A stretch of 64,000 nucleotides of DNA from Christensenella sp. (GCA_022009775.1 CP091723.1:1029121-1093120), one strand, 5' to 3'; numbered from the stretch's first letter, positions 31,259-42,192 are shown. The notes: generated by a model from the letters alone, not told the origin. Translations and numbers: made by a program.

Positions 31259-32743
31259 ATGATAACAATGACGTTAGCGTCGTCGGCAGCGTGGATAGTC
31301 CCCGTTGCTGTGATCGGTGCTTTGATCGTAGTAGGGGCGTTGGTGTTCTTTATCGGCGGATATATGAAAGCACCGCCGGACACTGCATACATAATTTCGG
31401 GCAGGGGCAAACGCCGTATTCTCATAGGAAAAGCAGGTTGGCGTATCCTATTTTTCGAGCGCGTGGACAAACTCTCTTTGCAAGTCATGCAAGTTGACGT
31501 AAAGACAAGCGAAGCAGTCCCGACGAACGAATTTATCAACGTCAACGTTGACGGCGTTGCAAATATCAAGATATCGTCCGACCCCGTGCTTCTCGACCGC
31601 GCGGCAGAAGCACTTTTGGGCATGGACCAAGAAGAACTCGTGAGTCTCGTCACACAGGTGCTCGAAGGCAATATGCGTGAAATCGTCGGTTCTGTCGGAC
31701 TCAAAGAAATGGTTCAGGACCGTCAGGGAGTTGCAAAGAAAATTACTGAAAACGTCGTTCCCGATATGGAAAAACTCGGCATCGAAGTGGTGAATTTCAA
31801 CATTCAGAACTTCAAAGACAATGCCGGCACGATTGAAAACATGGGTATCGACAACGTCGAGCAAATCCGCAAAAACGCACAAATTGCAAAAGCGAACGCA
31901 CAGCGCGACATCGCAATCGCAACCGCTCACGCCGAAGAAGAAGCAAACGCCGTGAAGGTGGAGACGCAAAAGAAGATTGCAGAACAGAATGCGGAACTCA
32001 CCGTTCAGAAAGCGGAAATGCAAATCAAAGCGGACAACAAACGCGCAGAAGCGGACGCGGCGTATTCTATTCAACAAGAGACGCAGCGCAAGACGATTGA
32101 AATCACAGCCGCAAACGCTAATATCGCAAAGAAAGAGAAAGAAGCGGAAATCGCAGAGCGCGAGATTTCGATCAAGGAAAAACAACTCGACGCCGAAATC
32201 AGAAAACAAGCGGACGCTATGCTTTACAAGACCGAAAAGGAAGCGGAAGCAGAACTTATTCGCCGCCAGAAAATAGCGGAAGCGCAAAAGTTTGAACAAA
32301 TCAAGGCGGCAGAAGCAAAGAAATACGAAGCAATGCAGGAAGCGGAAGCAAAAAGGCTATCGCCGATGCGCAACGCTACGCAATGGAGCAGGAAGCGGCA
32401 GGTATCAAAGCCAAGGGTGAAGCGGAAGCAAACGCAATCGACAAAAAGGGCTCTTGCGCAAAAGAAGATGGGCGAAGCGTCCGTCATCGAAATGTACTTG
32501 CAGGCACTTCCCGAAGTCGTCAAATCCGCCGCTATGCCGCTTGCTCAAACGGACAAAATCGTCATGTACGGAGACGGAAATTCCACGAAACTCATCAAGG
32601 ACGTCATGCAGGGTGCAAATCAGGTCATTGACGGCATGAAAGAGTCTACGGGTATCGATCTCGGCGCACTTTTGGCAGGCGCAATCGCAGGCAAAGCGGC
32701 GGCATCACCAAAAGCAAGCGACAATTCCGACAAAGCGGAATAA
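31259..32743 (+). CDS. SPFH-domain / flotillin-like protein (two compensating homopolymer frameshifts within 32350-32450)
   Basis: N-terminal TM segment, SPFH core, long AEA/EAEA-rich coiled coil. A 36-aa K/R-rich out-of-frame stretch (SPMRNATQWSRKRQ…) is restored by reading AIADAQRYAMEQEAAGIKAKGEAEANAIDKK in the alternate frame (ORF 32383..). Confidence 0.75.
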   Translation: MITMTLASSAAWIVPVAVIGALIVVGALVFFIGGYMKAPPDTAYIISGRGKRRILIGKAGWRILFFERVDKLSLQVMQVDVKTSEAVPTNEFINVNVDGVANIKISSDPVLLDRAAEALLGMDQEELVSLVTQVLEGNMREIVGSVGLKEMVQDRQGVAKKITENVVPDMEKLGIEVVNFNIQNFKDNAGTIENMGIDNVEQIRKNAQIAKANAQRDIAIATAHAEEEANAVKVETQKKIAEQNAELTVQKAEMQIKADNKRAEADAAYSIQQETQRKTIEITAANANIAKKEKEAEIAEREISIKEKQLDAEIRKQADAMLYKTEKEAEAELIRRQKIAEAQKFEQIKAAEAKKYEAMQEAEAKRLSPMRNATQWSRKRQVSKPRVKRKQTQSTKRALAQKKMGEASVIEMYLQALPEVVKSAAMPLAQTDKIVMYGDGNSTKLIKDVMQGANQVIDGMKESTGIDLGALLAGAIAGKAAASPKASDNSDKAE

Positions 32744-32777
32744 CAAAAATGCCGAATTCAAATTCGAACAAAGAAAA

Positions 32778-32808
32778 AAGCCTTGACTTCGGTCAGGGCT
32801 TTTATTTC
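32778..32808 (+). terminator. terminator after flotillin gene
   Basis: aagccttgac-ttcg-gtcagggctt stem-loop, then tttattt. Confidence 0.4.
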
Positions 32809-32898
32809 AAAAATTGCCGTTCATCGTATCGATTTTTAAGGATAAAACGTTTGTTTTGCCGTTATGACGTTTATGTAAATTCGCTTTTGTTGATAAAA

Positions 32899-33186
32899 TC
32901 AACCGTACATAGAAACGTAAACGTCGTGGGCGGCTGCAAGCGATTTGTAGGGAATATAAATCTTCTGCGACGAGTTTGCTCTCGTCGTGAGACTGAACCC
33001 GGACGGAATTGAGAAAGCGTCGATTCTTTGAGAGTTCAACGCTTCAAGAAACATCGTTGCGTGAAAATTGCCGAGTTCCACGAAAAAACACAAGTCGTCG
33101 TCGTTGACTTCGCGCAATTTTCTTTTGCCGCAATATACGCAGTTGTTCTTTTCGTTTACGTTTTTACACTTTTCGCAATAATACAT
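32899..33186 (-). CDS. hypothetical small zinc-ribbon protein
   Basis: 95-aa ORF MYYCEKCKNVNEKNNCVYCGKRKL… with CxxC-N10-CxxC at the N-terminus. Confidence 0.45.
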   Translation of the reverse strand: MYYCEKCKNVNEKNNCVYCGKRKLREVNDDDLCFFVELGNFHATMFLEALNSQRIDAFSIPSGFSLTTRANSSQKIYIPYKSLAAAHDVYVSMYG

Positions 33187-33431
33187 ATCGATAACCTTCC
33201 ATTAAATATATGTTAGCACATAAAGCGATTTTTTTCAAGGGGGGGAACGACACTCGTTTTCGGTTTTGAATGATTAAATTGCGATTAAATTAAAATATTG
33301 ATAAAATTTTACTTTTATTTGGCGAAAAATAATGTATAATGATAATAGGAATGTTTGCATTCCTTGCACAATATAGTAAAAAATCGTCTGCATTGCAGAT
33401 TCAAAATTTTATTTTAAGGAGATATGATATT

Positions 33432-35036
33432 ATGAAAAATATCGACTTGACAAAGTACGGCATCAGCGGCACGACGGAAATCGTGTACAATCCGTCTTAC
33501 GACCTTCTCTTCAAAGAAGAGACCAACCCCGCACTCACAGGTTATGAAAAAGGTCAAGTGAGCGAACTCGGCGCAGTCAACGTCATGACGGGTATTTACA
33601 CCGGTCGTTCGCCCAAGGACAAATTCATCGTCGTGGACGAAAACTCCAAGGACACGGTGTGGTGGACTTCCGAAGGCTACAAGAACGACAACCATCCGGC
33701 AAGCCAAGAAGCGTGGAAAGCGGTGAAGGACATCGCAGTCAAAGAACTTTCAAACAAGAAACTCTATGTTGTCGACGCATTCTGCGGCGCAAACAAAGAC
33801 ACGCGTATGGCAATCCGTTTCATCGTGGAAGTCGCATGGCAAGCACACTTTGTCACCAACATGTTCATCAAGCCGACTGCGGAAGAACTTGAAAACTTCG
33901 AGCCCGATTTTGTCGTATACAACGCGTCCAAGGCAAAAGTGGAAAACTACAAAGAACTCGGTCTCAACTCCGAGACGGCTGTCGTTTTCAACATCACGAG
34001 CCGTGAGCAAGTCATCATCAACACCTGGTATGGCGGCGAAATGAAGAAGGGTATGTTCTCGATGATGAACTACTATCTCCCGCTCAAAGGTATCGCATCT
34101 ATGCACTGCTCGGCAAACACCGATATGGAAGGCAAGAACACCGCGATTTTCTTCGGACTTTCCGGCACGGGCAAAACCACTCTTTCCACCGATCCCAAGC
34201 GTCTTCTCATCGGCGACGACGAGCACGGCTGGGACGACAACGGCGTGTTCAACTTCGAGGGTGGCTGCTATGCAAAGGTTATCAACCTCGACAAAGAATC
34301 CGAACCCGACATCTACAACGCGATCAGACGCGACGCATTGCTTGAAAACGTCACTCTCGACGAAAACGGCAAGATCGATTTCGCTGACAAGTCCGTCACG
34401 GAAAACACTCGTGTTTCCTATCCTATCGATCACATCAAAAACATCGTGCGCCCCGTCTCCGCAGCACCCGCGGCAAAGAACGTCATCTTCTTGTCCGCAG
34501 ACGCATTCGGAGTGTTGCCCCCGGTGTCCATTCTCACTCCCGAGCAAACTCAATACTACTTCTTGTCCGGTTTCACCGCAAAACTCGCAGGCACGGAGCG
34601 TGGCATAACCGAGCCTACGCCGACCTTCTCGGCATGCTTCGGTCAAGCATTCCTTGAACTCCATCCCACCAAATATGCGGAAGAGCTCGTCAAGAAAATG
34701 CAAAAGAGCGGTGCAAAGGCATACCTTGTCAACACCGGTTGGAACGGCACGGGCAAGCGTATCTCCATCAAGGACACTCGCGGCATTATCGACGCAATTC
34801 TCAACGGTGACATCGACAAAGCACCCACAAAGACCATTCCGTTCTTCAACTTTGAAGTGCCCACCGAGCTCAACGGCGTTGCAACCGAGATTCTCGATCC
34901 GCGTGACACCTACGCAAACGTCGAAGATTGGAACAAGAAAGCGGAAGATCTCGCAGGTAGATTTATCAAGAACTTTGCAAAATACGAGACCAACCCCGCA
35001 GGCAAGGCTCTTGTCGCAGCAGGTCCGCAACTCTGA
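33432..35036 (+). CDS. pckA: phosphoenolpyruvate carboxykinase (ATP)
   Basis: [27 protein letters not shown]…, [11 protein letters not shown] kinase-1a motif, [11 protein letters not shown] 33432 with RBS aaggag; extended -10 tgtataat upstream. Confidence 0.9.
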   Translation: MKNIDLTKYGISGTTEIVYNPSYDLLFKEETNPALTGYEKGQVSELGAVNVMTGIYTGRSPKDKFIVVDENSKDTVWWTSEGYKNDNHPASQEAWKAVKDIAVKELSNKKLYVVDAFCGANKDTRMAIRFIVEVAWQAHFVTNMFIKPTAEELENFEPDFVVYNASKAKVENYKELGLNSETAVVFNITSREQVIINTWYGGEMKKGMFSMMNYYLPLKGIASMHCSANTDMEGKNTAIFFGLSGTGKTTLSTDPKRLLIGDDEHGWDDNGVFNFEGGCYAKVINLDKESEPDIYNAIRRDALLENVTLDENGKIDFADKSVTENTRVSYPIDHIKNIVRPVSAAPAAKNVIFLSADAFGVLPPVSILTPEQTQYYFLSGFTAKLAGTERGITEPTPTFSACFGQAFLELHPTKYAEELVKKMQKSGAKAYLVNTGWNGTGKRISIKDTRGIIDAILNGDIDKAPTKTIPFFNFEVPTELNGVATEILDPRDTYANVEDWNKKAEDLAGRFIKNFAKYETNPAGKALVAAGPQL

Positions 35037-35100
35037 TTTCTGCATCGAACGTATCGCTTGAAAAAGTAGCGAAAACGGCAATTCAACCGATTAGAACATC

Positions 35101-35131
35101 AAAAAGGCTTTCCTTTCGGAAAGCCTTTTTT
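35101..35131. terminator. bidirectional terminator between pckA (+) and the YbjN/AAA operon (-)
   Basis: aaaaaggctttcc-tttc-ggaaagccttttt, a perfect hairpin flanked by A/T runs. Confidence 0.6.
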
Positions 35132-35193
35132 GTGTGATTTGTAAGTTTTGGTTATTTGAATCGATTGTGTTTTTGTGTTTTGTGAGAAAAAAA

Positions 35194-35670
35194 TCAATCG
35201 TCTTCAAAAAGATAGAGATATTCAGCAAGCGACAGTTCGCCTTTTGCAAGAAGGTCGAGCTTTTTGTCGTAGAGCGCACACGCGCTGTATGCGCGATGCA
35301 CCATATACAAAAACACGTCGGGGGAGATTATGCTGCCTGCAAAACTTGCGGATATTCTGAAAACCACCGATCCCGTTTCGTAGTCAAAATCGAATCCGCC
35401 CGCAACAAGATTGCAATTTGTCGAGCAAGTTGCGATTGCACCGTCAATGCGACGTTCTTGCGGAAATGTGATCGAATAGCCGGCGATCATGCGTATAAGT
35501 CGGCGTTCGGCGTCTATGACGACGGAAAACACTATGGGTGTATCGTCCGTTTCGATTTGAAAAGCGACTTTCAAGTTTTCGGGTCGCAAAAAAACGTAAT
35601 CTTTGCTTTTTAGCGTCGAGATGATCATATCGTACACGTTTTGAGCGATTTTGTTGTCCGGTTTTTCCAT
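35194..35670 (-). CDS. YbjN-like domain protein (T3SS-chaperone-like fold family), paralogue 1
   Basis: 158 aa, acidic. C-terminal block GGFDFDYETGSVVFRISASFAGSIISPDVFLYMVHRAYSACALYDKKL is paralogous to the adjacent gene's HFDFDFHTGNINFRIFLSFANSIIDKQAFEYLIATIFDAVDEYNDKL. YbjN assignment rests on size and pattern and needs HMM confirmation. Confidence 0.45.
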   Translation of the reverse strand: MEKPDNKIAQNVYDMIISTLKSKDYVFLRPENLKVAFQIETDDTPIVFSVVIDAERRLIRMIAGYSITFPQERRIDGAIATCSTNCNLVAGGFDFDYETGSVVFRISASFAGSIISPDVFLYMVHRAYSACALYDKKLDLLAKGELSLAEYLYLFEDD

Positions 35671-35679
35671 ATCTACTCC

Positions 35680-36159
35680 TTAGCGCAAGCATTTCAGCGC
35701 GTCTTCGATGCCCGTTTCGCTTTTTGAGATGAAGAGCAACTTGTCGTTGTATTCGTCAACGGCGTCGAATATGGTGGCAATCAGATATTCAAATGCCTGC
35801 TTATCGATTATGCTGTTTGCAAAACTCAGGAAAATCCTGAAATTTATATTGCCGGTGTGAAAGTCAAAGTCAAAGTGACCGTCGAGAAGGTAGGCGTTTA
35901 TCTCGCTCACTGCGACGGCGATGACATCTCGTCTTTCCGTTGGGACGGTGAAGGGGAGCGGGGATAGGACAAGCACGATCATTTCGCGTTCGTTGACCAC
36001 CGCGTTGACGGCAACGGGCAAATCGTCGCCCTGCAAAATACAGTTGACGGCAAGTCGGTCTTTGTTTTTTGTGTATTTAACGCCTTTTTCGTCAAGAAGT
36101 TCGCAAAAAGCCTTAAAAACGTTTTTTGCGAGTTTCTTTTGTTTGAAATTTATTTTCAT
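35680..36159 (-). CDS. YbjN-like domain protein, paralogue 2
   Basis: 159 aa; paralogous to 35194..35670 over the full length; 9-nt intergenic gap suggests co-transcription. Confidence 0.45.
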   Translation of the reverse strand: MKINFKQKKLAKNVFKAFCELLDEKGVKYTKNKDRLAVNCILQGDDLPVAVNAVVNEREMIVLVLSPLPFTVPTERRDVIAVAVSEINAYLLDGHFDFDFHTGNINFRIFLSFANSIIDKQAFEYLIATIFDAVDEYNDKLLFISKSETGIEDALKCLR

Positions 36160-36175
36160 AATTTGCTCCGTATCG

Positions 36176-38141
36176 TCAAAAACCGAGTTTTATTTTCTTT
36201 TCGATTTGGAAAGAGAAGTCTTTTTCGCTCGCCGCGTTGTTGAAGTCTACGGCGCAAAGCGTCACGGTTTTTTGACTTTCGAGTTGACTTCTCATAGCCG
36301 CTTTCGCCCACGTTCTTTCAAAAAGATTTCGCACGAAGCGCGCGTTGCTGAATTTCTTTGAGTTCAGAACGTCGTCTGACAGGTTTTCAAAGTATTTTTG
36401 AACGATAGGGTACAAGTCGTCTGCGATTTTGAATTTTTTCGACGACATCGATTTGTATATCTCGAAGAGCTGCTCGCGCGTGAAGTTTGGAAACTCGATC
36501 GTGTAGGGCATTCTGCTTTTTAAGCCCCTGTTGGCGTCCATGAGCTTTTCCATATCGTCGGTGTAGCCTGCCATTATGACTACGAGATCGTCTTTGTGGT
36601 TTTCCATCTCGGATATGAGCGTGTCGATTGCCTCAACGCCGTAGTCGCGCATGTTGTCGTCTCCGCGATAGAGAGAGTACGCCTCGTCGATAAAAAGCAC
36701 CGATCCGTATGCATCGCGGCACATTCCTGACGTTTTGGGCGCGGTTTCTCCGATGTATTGACCGCAGAAATCTCTGCCTTTGTATTCGTATAGATTGCCT
36801 ATGCGCAGCACGCCTTTTTCTTTGAGAATCTTGCCGAGTATTCTCGCAACGGTGGTTTTGCCCGTGCCGGGATTTCCGACAAAGCGCATGTGTAGGCAAG
36901 GGCGGTCAGGTCCGTTTTCCGCCTTGGACAAGCGTATTTGCGCAATGATTTCTTCAATTTGAGCTTTGATTTTTTCGCACCCGACAAGTTGGTCGAGTTG
37001 CGCCATGCCTTCCGATTCGTCTGCAAGAGTGTCGCATATCTTCTTTGCGTCGTTCGTTCCTATGAGCGATGCGTTCTTTGCGCCGTTTGCCACGGCAACG
37101 TATTTTTGTATACGGATTCTTTTACGACTTTCTTTATGGTGTTCAATCCGTAAAATTTGCCGTCGCTTTTTTCCTTGGCGATACGCTTGAAGAAATACTC
37201 CCACGCATTGTCCGACATTTTCATGCCGTATTTTTCAAAGTCGCGTTTTGCGATTTCTTTCGTTTCGGCACGGTCAAAGGGCGGAAAAGACAAAGTCTTG
37301 ATATAAGCCACGTCTTTGAGCGAGTTTTCCACGCGACCGAGCACGTCCTTGTCAACAAAAGGCACTCTGAACACGATGACGTGATTTTCGCTTGCCTTTT
37401 GCACGTCTTTGAGCAACTTTTTGAAGTCTTCGGAGTCGGTCTTGTCAATCCACTTGCTTATATCGAAGCATATCACGCTAGCCTCGTCGTTTTCGATTTT
37501 TCCGATGACGTCGCTTGCGTCGTTCAAATCGTCTTTGGGCTTGTCCGTCATCTTGATTTTGTATTCTTTGACGGGTGCGATAGGTGTCATTTTGGCAAGC
37601 GACAGATCGTTTATGGCAAGCGCAAGTATTTCAAGATATGTTGTCAGTCCGCATCCGTCACCGACAGAGAAGAGATAGCTTTGGGACATAAACACGTCTT
37701 GCGCATTGTTTTTGACCACTTCGGGTGCAATCGCCACAAGTTCTTTTATAAGGCTTTTGAATTCTTGCGCGCCGACAAGCGTGTTGACAAGCTCGAGCGT
37801 GTCGTCAATTGTGTGCGGATCTTGCGACTTGCCGCTGTTGTCGGAATCTTTGTTTTTTGACTCGTCGTTTTCAACGTCCGTATTTGGCTCGCAATCGGAA
37901 AAACTCAATGCCGAAAGATTTGTCTTTCCGTATTTTTGCGCAAAGAACGTCGAAATTTTGTTTTTGTTTTTTCGTAGTCGTTTTCGTCGACCGCAAGCGT
38001 CAGGTGAAGATAAGATTCGTTGATTTTTTCGATTTTGCCTTTCACAAACCTGTCTTTCAGCACTTCGACGGGGTATTTTGCGTCGTCAATGCGAGTCAGC
38101 ACCCAGTTGTAGTCGAGTTCTATACGCAACGTTTTTTTCAT
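36176..38141 (-). CDS. SpoVK/CbbX-type AAA+ ATPase with an N-terminal ~75-aa domain and a degenerate first AAA module (two homopolymer frameshifts)
   Basis: Three ORF fragments (38141-37905, 37908-37060, 37204-36176) join into one ~650-aa protein when the frame is corrected at the T6 run ~37967-37972 and the T5 run ~37103-37107. The first module has GDGCGLTT in place of Walker A. The second has GNPGTGKTTVARILGKIL, LFIDEAYSL, and a SpoVK/CbbX lid. Confidence 0.75.
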
Positions 38142-38312
38142 AGTTTACCTTTCAAAAATTTTGATATAAAACATTATACAATACGATTGCCGACTTTTAC
38201 AATATTTTTTTATTGAGAATTTTGCTTTTAGAAATAATGCGCCTTACGGCTGGATGTTTTGATTGCGCTTAGGATGACACGGAGAATTTTGAATTTTACC
38301 GATTATTTCAAA

Positions 38313-38877
38313 TCGGGTGTGGGTGTCCCGCCCGCTTGAATATACCAAGCCGACAATCTTGCGAAATTGTGGCAGGAGTTTTTGTCCGTGATTGAACTGA
38401 TAGCAAAGATTTTCGGCGCGGTTAGAAGAACAAAAGCCTAATGCGGCTCTCAGCGTTGCTTGCTTTCAAGCGATGCCGTTGCCGCAATGACGGCTTTTGT
38501 TCGGGTGTGGGTGTCCCACCCAATCGAAAGTACCAAGCCGACAATCTTGCGAAATTGCGGCAGGAGTTTTTATCCGTGACCAGACTGATAGCAAAGATTT
38601 TCGGCGCGATAGTGGCGGCAAAACCTAGTTTGGCTCTCCGCAATGGGCAGGTGATTGCCCGTTGCGGTTGCCAAAACAACGGCATAAAATCGGGTGTGGG
38701 TGTCCCGCCCGCTTGAATATACCAAGTCGACAATCTTGCGGGATTGCGACAGGAGTTTTTGCCCGTGACTGAACCGATAGCAAAGATTTTCGGCGCGGTT
38801 AGCAGAACAAAAGCCTAATGTGGCTCTCGGCGTTGCTTGCTTGTAAGCGATGCCGTTGCCACAATAACGGCTTTTGT
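38313..38877. repeat. three tandem ~188-bp direct repeats (units 38313-38500, 38501-38689, 38690-38877)
   Basis: Each unit begins tcgggtgtgggtgtccc(g/a)ccc…accaag(c/t)cgacaatcttgcg…caggagttttt…gatagcaaagattttcggcgcg. Units 1 and 3 end with gccgtt-N-aacggc-ttttgtt terminator-like hairpins. Unit 2 diverges in its 3' half. Confidence 0.85.
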
Positions 38878-39027
38878 TCGTGATACACCCAGTGCGTGGC
38901 ACGCGCGTTATTTATATATCTTAACTTATTTAGAGACAAAATTTTAACCATATATACAAGATTTTGGGGTATTTGAAAGAAAAATTGCACAAGATTAAAA
39001 AATATTTATAATTTCATAAAAATTCGC

Positions 39028-39056
39028 TTGACTTTGGTTTTCAAAAATTATATAGT
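39028..39056 (+). promoter_or_regulatory. sigma70-type promoter of the S10 ribosomal protein operon
   Basis: TTGACT 39028-39033, 17-nt spacer, TATAGT 39051-39056; ~100-nt leader before rpsJ. Confidence 0.5.
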
Positions 39057-39155
39057 AAACGAGCGTGTCGAAAGGGATACGTGTTTTCCGTCGCTTTGCG
39101 GCGGGTAAAAAATATAAGACACACACGGACAAGTGTTAATATTAGGAGGCTAATA

Positions 39156-39464
39156 ATGGCTGGACAAAAGATCAGAATTAAACTTAAGGCGTATGACCAC
39201 AACCTTATCGACCTTTCTGCAGAAAAGATTGTTGAAACAGTCAAGAAGACGGGTACGAAGGTTTCCGGTCCTATCCCTCTTCCTACGGACAAGGAAGTCA
39301 TCACCATTTTGCGCGCTACTCACAAATACAAAGATAGCCGCGAACAATTTGAACTCAGAACACACAAGCGCTTGATTGATATCTACAACCCCACGAGCAA
39401 GACAGTCGATTCTTTGATGAGACTCGATTTGCCCGCAGGCGTTGACATTTCGATCAAACTCTAA
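39156..39464 (+). CDS. rpsJ: 30S ribosomal protein S10
   Basis: [44 protein letters not shown]; ATG 39156 after aggagg RBS. Confidence 0.95.
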   Translation: MAGQKIRIKLKAYDHNLIDLSAEKIVETVKKTGTKVSGPIPLPTDKEVITILRATHKYKDSREQFELRTHKRLIDIYNPTSKTVDSLMRLDLPAGVDISIKL

Positions 39465-39491
39465 GGTAAATAAAAGGAGGATGAACTTTAC

Positions 39492-40127
39492 ATGGATAAA
39501 GCAATCATCGGTAAGAAAATCGGCATGAGCCAAATCTTTACTGCAGAAGGCAAAGTGATCCCCGTCACGGTAGTTGAAGCGGGTCCCTGCCCGGTCGTGC
39601 AGATAAAGACGAAAGAGAACGATGGCTACGAAGCAATTCAAGTCGGCTTCGGCGCTATCAAAGAAACAAGAGTCAACAAACCCGTTGCCGGACACTTCAA
39701 GAAAGCGGGCGTGACTGTCAAAAAGTACCTTCGTGAATTCCGTTTCGCAAACTGCGCAAGCTTCGAGCTTGGACAGGAACTGACCTGCGACATGTTCAAA
39801 GAAGGCGACAAAGTTGACGTCACCGGCACTTCCAAAGGTCACGGATTTTCGGGTGTTATCCAAAGATGGAATTCTCAAAGAATCGGTAGCATGACACACG
39901 GTACCGGTCCTATCCACAGAAGCGTTGGTTCTATGGGCGCTTGCTCCTCTCCGTCGAGAGTGTTCAAGAACAAGCACATGGCAGGTCAATGGGGTCATGA
40001 AAAAGTGACTGTCCAAAACCTTACCGTCGCACGCGTGGACGCAGCGAGAAACCTTCTTCTCATCAAAGGCGCAGTTCCCGGTCCGAAGGGCGGAATCGTC
40101 GTGGTGAAGGAATCCATCAAGGGCTAA
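39492..40127 (+). CDS. rplC: 50S ribosomal protein L3
   Basis: 211 aa, L3 family. Confidence 0.95.
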   Translation: MDKAIIGKKIGMSQIFTAEGKVIPVTVVEAGPCPVVQIKTKENDGYEAIQVGFGAIKETRVNKPVAGHFKKAGVTVKKYLREFRFANCASFELGQELTCDMFKEGDKVDVTGTSKGHGFSGVIQRWNSQRIGSMTHGTGPIHRSVGSMGACSSPSRVFKNKHMAGQWGHEKVTVQNLTVARVDAARNLLLIKGAVPGPKGGIVVVKESIKG

Positions 40128-40140
40128 GCGGAGGTAGAAT

Positions 40141-40762
40141 ATGAAACTGAATGTTTTGAATATGGCAGGCAAGAAAGCCGGCACAGTTGAAGTCAGCGAT
40201 TCCATCTTTGCACGCGAGTACAACGAAGCACTTATCCATCAAGTCGTGGTTGCTCAGCTCGCAAACAAGCGCCAAGGCACTATGAGTGCATTGACCAGAA
40301 CCGAAGTTCGCGGCGGTGGCTGCAAGCCTTATCGTCAAAAAGGAACCGGTCGCGCTCGTCAAGGCTCCATCGTTGCTCCCCAATATGTTGGCGGCGGCGT
40401 GGTGTTCGCAAAGAAGCCGAGAGATTTCTCCCAAAAGATCAACAAGAATATGAAGACTGCGGCGTTCTATTCCGCACTCTCTGAAAAACTTCGTCAAAGC
40501 GAAGTCGTGGTTCTCGACAAGTTCGCACTTGCAGAAGTGAAGACCAAACTCGTTGCAAACGCAGTGAAGGCTCTCTCTCTCAACGGCAAAACCTTGTTCG
40601 TTCTCGACGAGTACGATCAAGACGCTCTCAAAGCAAGCAAGAACATTCCGACCGTTGACGTCTGCGAAGCAAGAACGCTCAGCGTTTACGACGTGGTCGC
40701 AACCAAGAACATCGTCATCACGGTTGACGCATTGAAAAAAACTCGAGGAGGCAGCACAATGA
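40141..40762 (+). CDS. rplD: 50S ribosomal protein L4 (frame disturbed by an A7 run 40735-40741, producing an artefactual L4-L23 fusion in the ORF track)
   Basis: L4 family N-terminus. With A6 instead of A7 the frame ends …[10 protein letters not shown], overlapping the L23 ATG (ATGA). Confidence 0.85.
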
Positions 40763-41049
40763 CAGCATACGACATCATTATCGAGCCTATCCTTTCAGAA
40801 AAAAGTTATGACGGCATCGCTGCAAAGAGATACACGTTCAAAGTTGTGAAATCCGCAACCAAGACACAAATCAAAGCGGCAGTTGAACAAATCTTCGGCG
40901 TCAAAGTCGAAAAGGTCAACACGTCCAACTACGACGGCAAAGTCAAGAGAATGGGCAGAAACGAAGGCAGACGCTCTGCATTCAAGAAAGCCATCGTCAC
41001 TTTGACCGACGACAGCAAAGCAATCGAATTCTTCGAGAGCCTGGCATAA
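40759..41049 (+). CDS. rplW: 50S ribosomal protein L23
   Basis: [29 protein letters not shown]…; ggagg RBS upstream. Confidence 0.85.
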   Translation: MTAYDIIIEPILSEKSYDGIAAKRYTFKVVKSATKTQIKAAVEQIFGVKVEKVNTSNYDGKVKRMGRNEGRRSAFKKAIVTLTDDSKAIEFFESLA

Positions 41050-41063
41050 GGAGAGTAAGCAAT

Positions 41064-41892
41064 ATGGCTATTAAGAAATATAAACCAACGTCTCCTGCAC
41101 GTCGTTTCATGACGGTCTCCGCTTATGAAGAAATCACAAGCACCACTCCCGAGCGTTCACTTCTCGTGTCCCTCAACAAGAGCGGCGGCAGAAACTCCAT
41201 GGGCAGAATCACCGTTCGTCACATCGGCGGCGGCAACAGAAACAAATATCGTATCATCGACTACAAGCGCAACAAAGACGGTATCCCCGCAAAAGTCGCG
41301 ACTATCGAATACGACCCCAACCGTTCCGCAAACATCGCACTTCTGCACTATGCAGACGGCGAAAAAAGCATACATTCTCGCTCCTTTGGGACTTAGCGTA
41401 GGCGACGTTCTCGAAAGCGGTGAAAACGCGGATATCAAAGTCGGCAACGCACTTCCGCTTTCCGCAATCCCCGTCGGTACGATGATTCACAACATCGAGT
41501 TGCAACCCGGCAACGGCGGCGTCATCGCAAGAGCGGCAGGCAATGCGGCACAACTTATGGCTAAAGAAGGCAAATACGCAATCGTGCGTATGCCGAGCGG
41601 CGAAATGAGATATGTTCTCATCAACTGCAGAGCGACAATCGGTCAAGTGGGCAACATCGACCACGAAATCGTTCGCGTCGGTAAAGCAGGTAAGACTCGT
41701 CACATGGGCGTTCGTCCGACCGTCCGTGGTGTCGTTATGAACCCGAACGATCACCCGCACGGCGGTGGTGAAGGTAAGTCTCCTGTCGGTATGCCGTCAC
41801 CTGTCACTCCCTGGGGCAAACCTGCTCTTGGCTATAAGACGAGAAAGAAGAAGAACAAATCTAATAAGTTCATCATTAAGCGCGTGAACTAA
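41064..41892 (+). CDS. rplB: 50S ribosomal protein L2 (homopolymer frameshift at A6 41362-41367)
   Basis: N-terminal [18 protein letters not shown]… in one frame, and …[30 protein letters not shown]…GGGEGKSP… in the next; joined if A6 is read as A5. Confidence 0.9.
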
Positions 41893-41904
41893 TCGGAGGA
41901 CAAA

Positions 41905-42177
41905 ATGAGTAGAAGTGTTAAAAAAGGCCCGTATGTAGAAGAGCGCCTTATCAACAGAATCAATGCTATGAACGCATCCGGTGAACGCCAATCTGTTAAA
42001 ACCTGGTCAAGAAGTTCGACGATTTTCCCTGAAATGGTGGGTCACACGATAGCAGTTCACAACGGTAAACAACACGTTCCCGTATACATCACGGAAGACA
42101 TGGTCGGCTGCAAACTCGGCGAGTTCGCTCCCACGCGTACTTTCAGAGGCCACGCAGGCGCAAAGACCACGAAATAA
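41905..42177 (+). CDS. rpsS: 30S ribosomal protein S19
   Basis: [15 protein letters not shown]…. Confidence 0.95.
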   Translation: MSRSVKKGPYVEERLINRINAMNASGERQSVKTWSRSSTIFPEMVGHTIAVHNGKQHVPVYITEDMVGCKLGEFAPTRTFRGHAGAKTTK

Positions 42178-42192
42178 TAAAGGAGAATAGCT

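Noticed and set aside
20795-38141. Calling the frameshifted island genes (araC-type, uxuA, SDR, eda, flotillin, AAA ATPase) pseudogenes of a decaying locus
   Set aside because: Same error signature as in rplB, rplD, rplP and rpmD. The compensating -1/+1 pair within 100 bp in the flotillin gene is also more typical of read errors. Left as CDS with frameshift notes.
38142-38312. Sigma-54 promoter (TGGCA-N-TTG-like string) inside the repeat units
   Set aside because: Spacing is off by one and the element is not conserved across the three units.
38313-38877. CRISPR array
   Set aside because: Units are ~188 bp with no short repeat/unique-spacer alternation; the entire unit is repeated.
38422-38902. 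ORFs 38422..38733(-), 38441..38716(+), 38570..38902(-) inside the tandem repeats
   Set aside because: Overlap each other on both strands, are internally repetitive and low-complexity, and have no RBS. They are by-products of the repeat.
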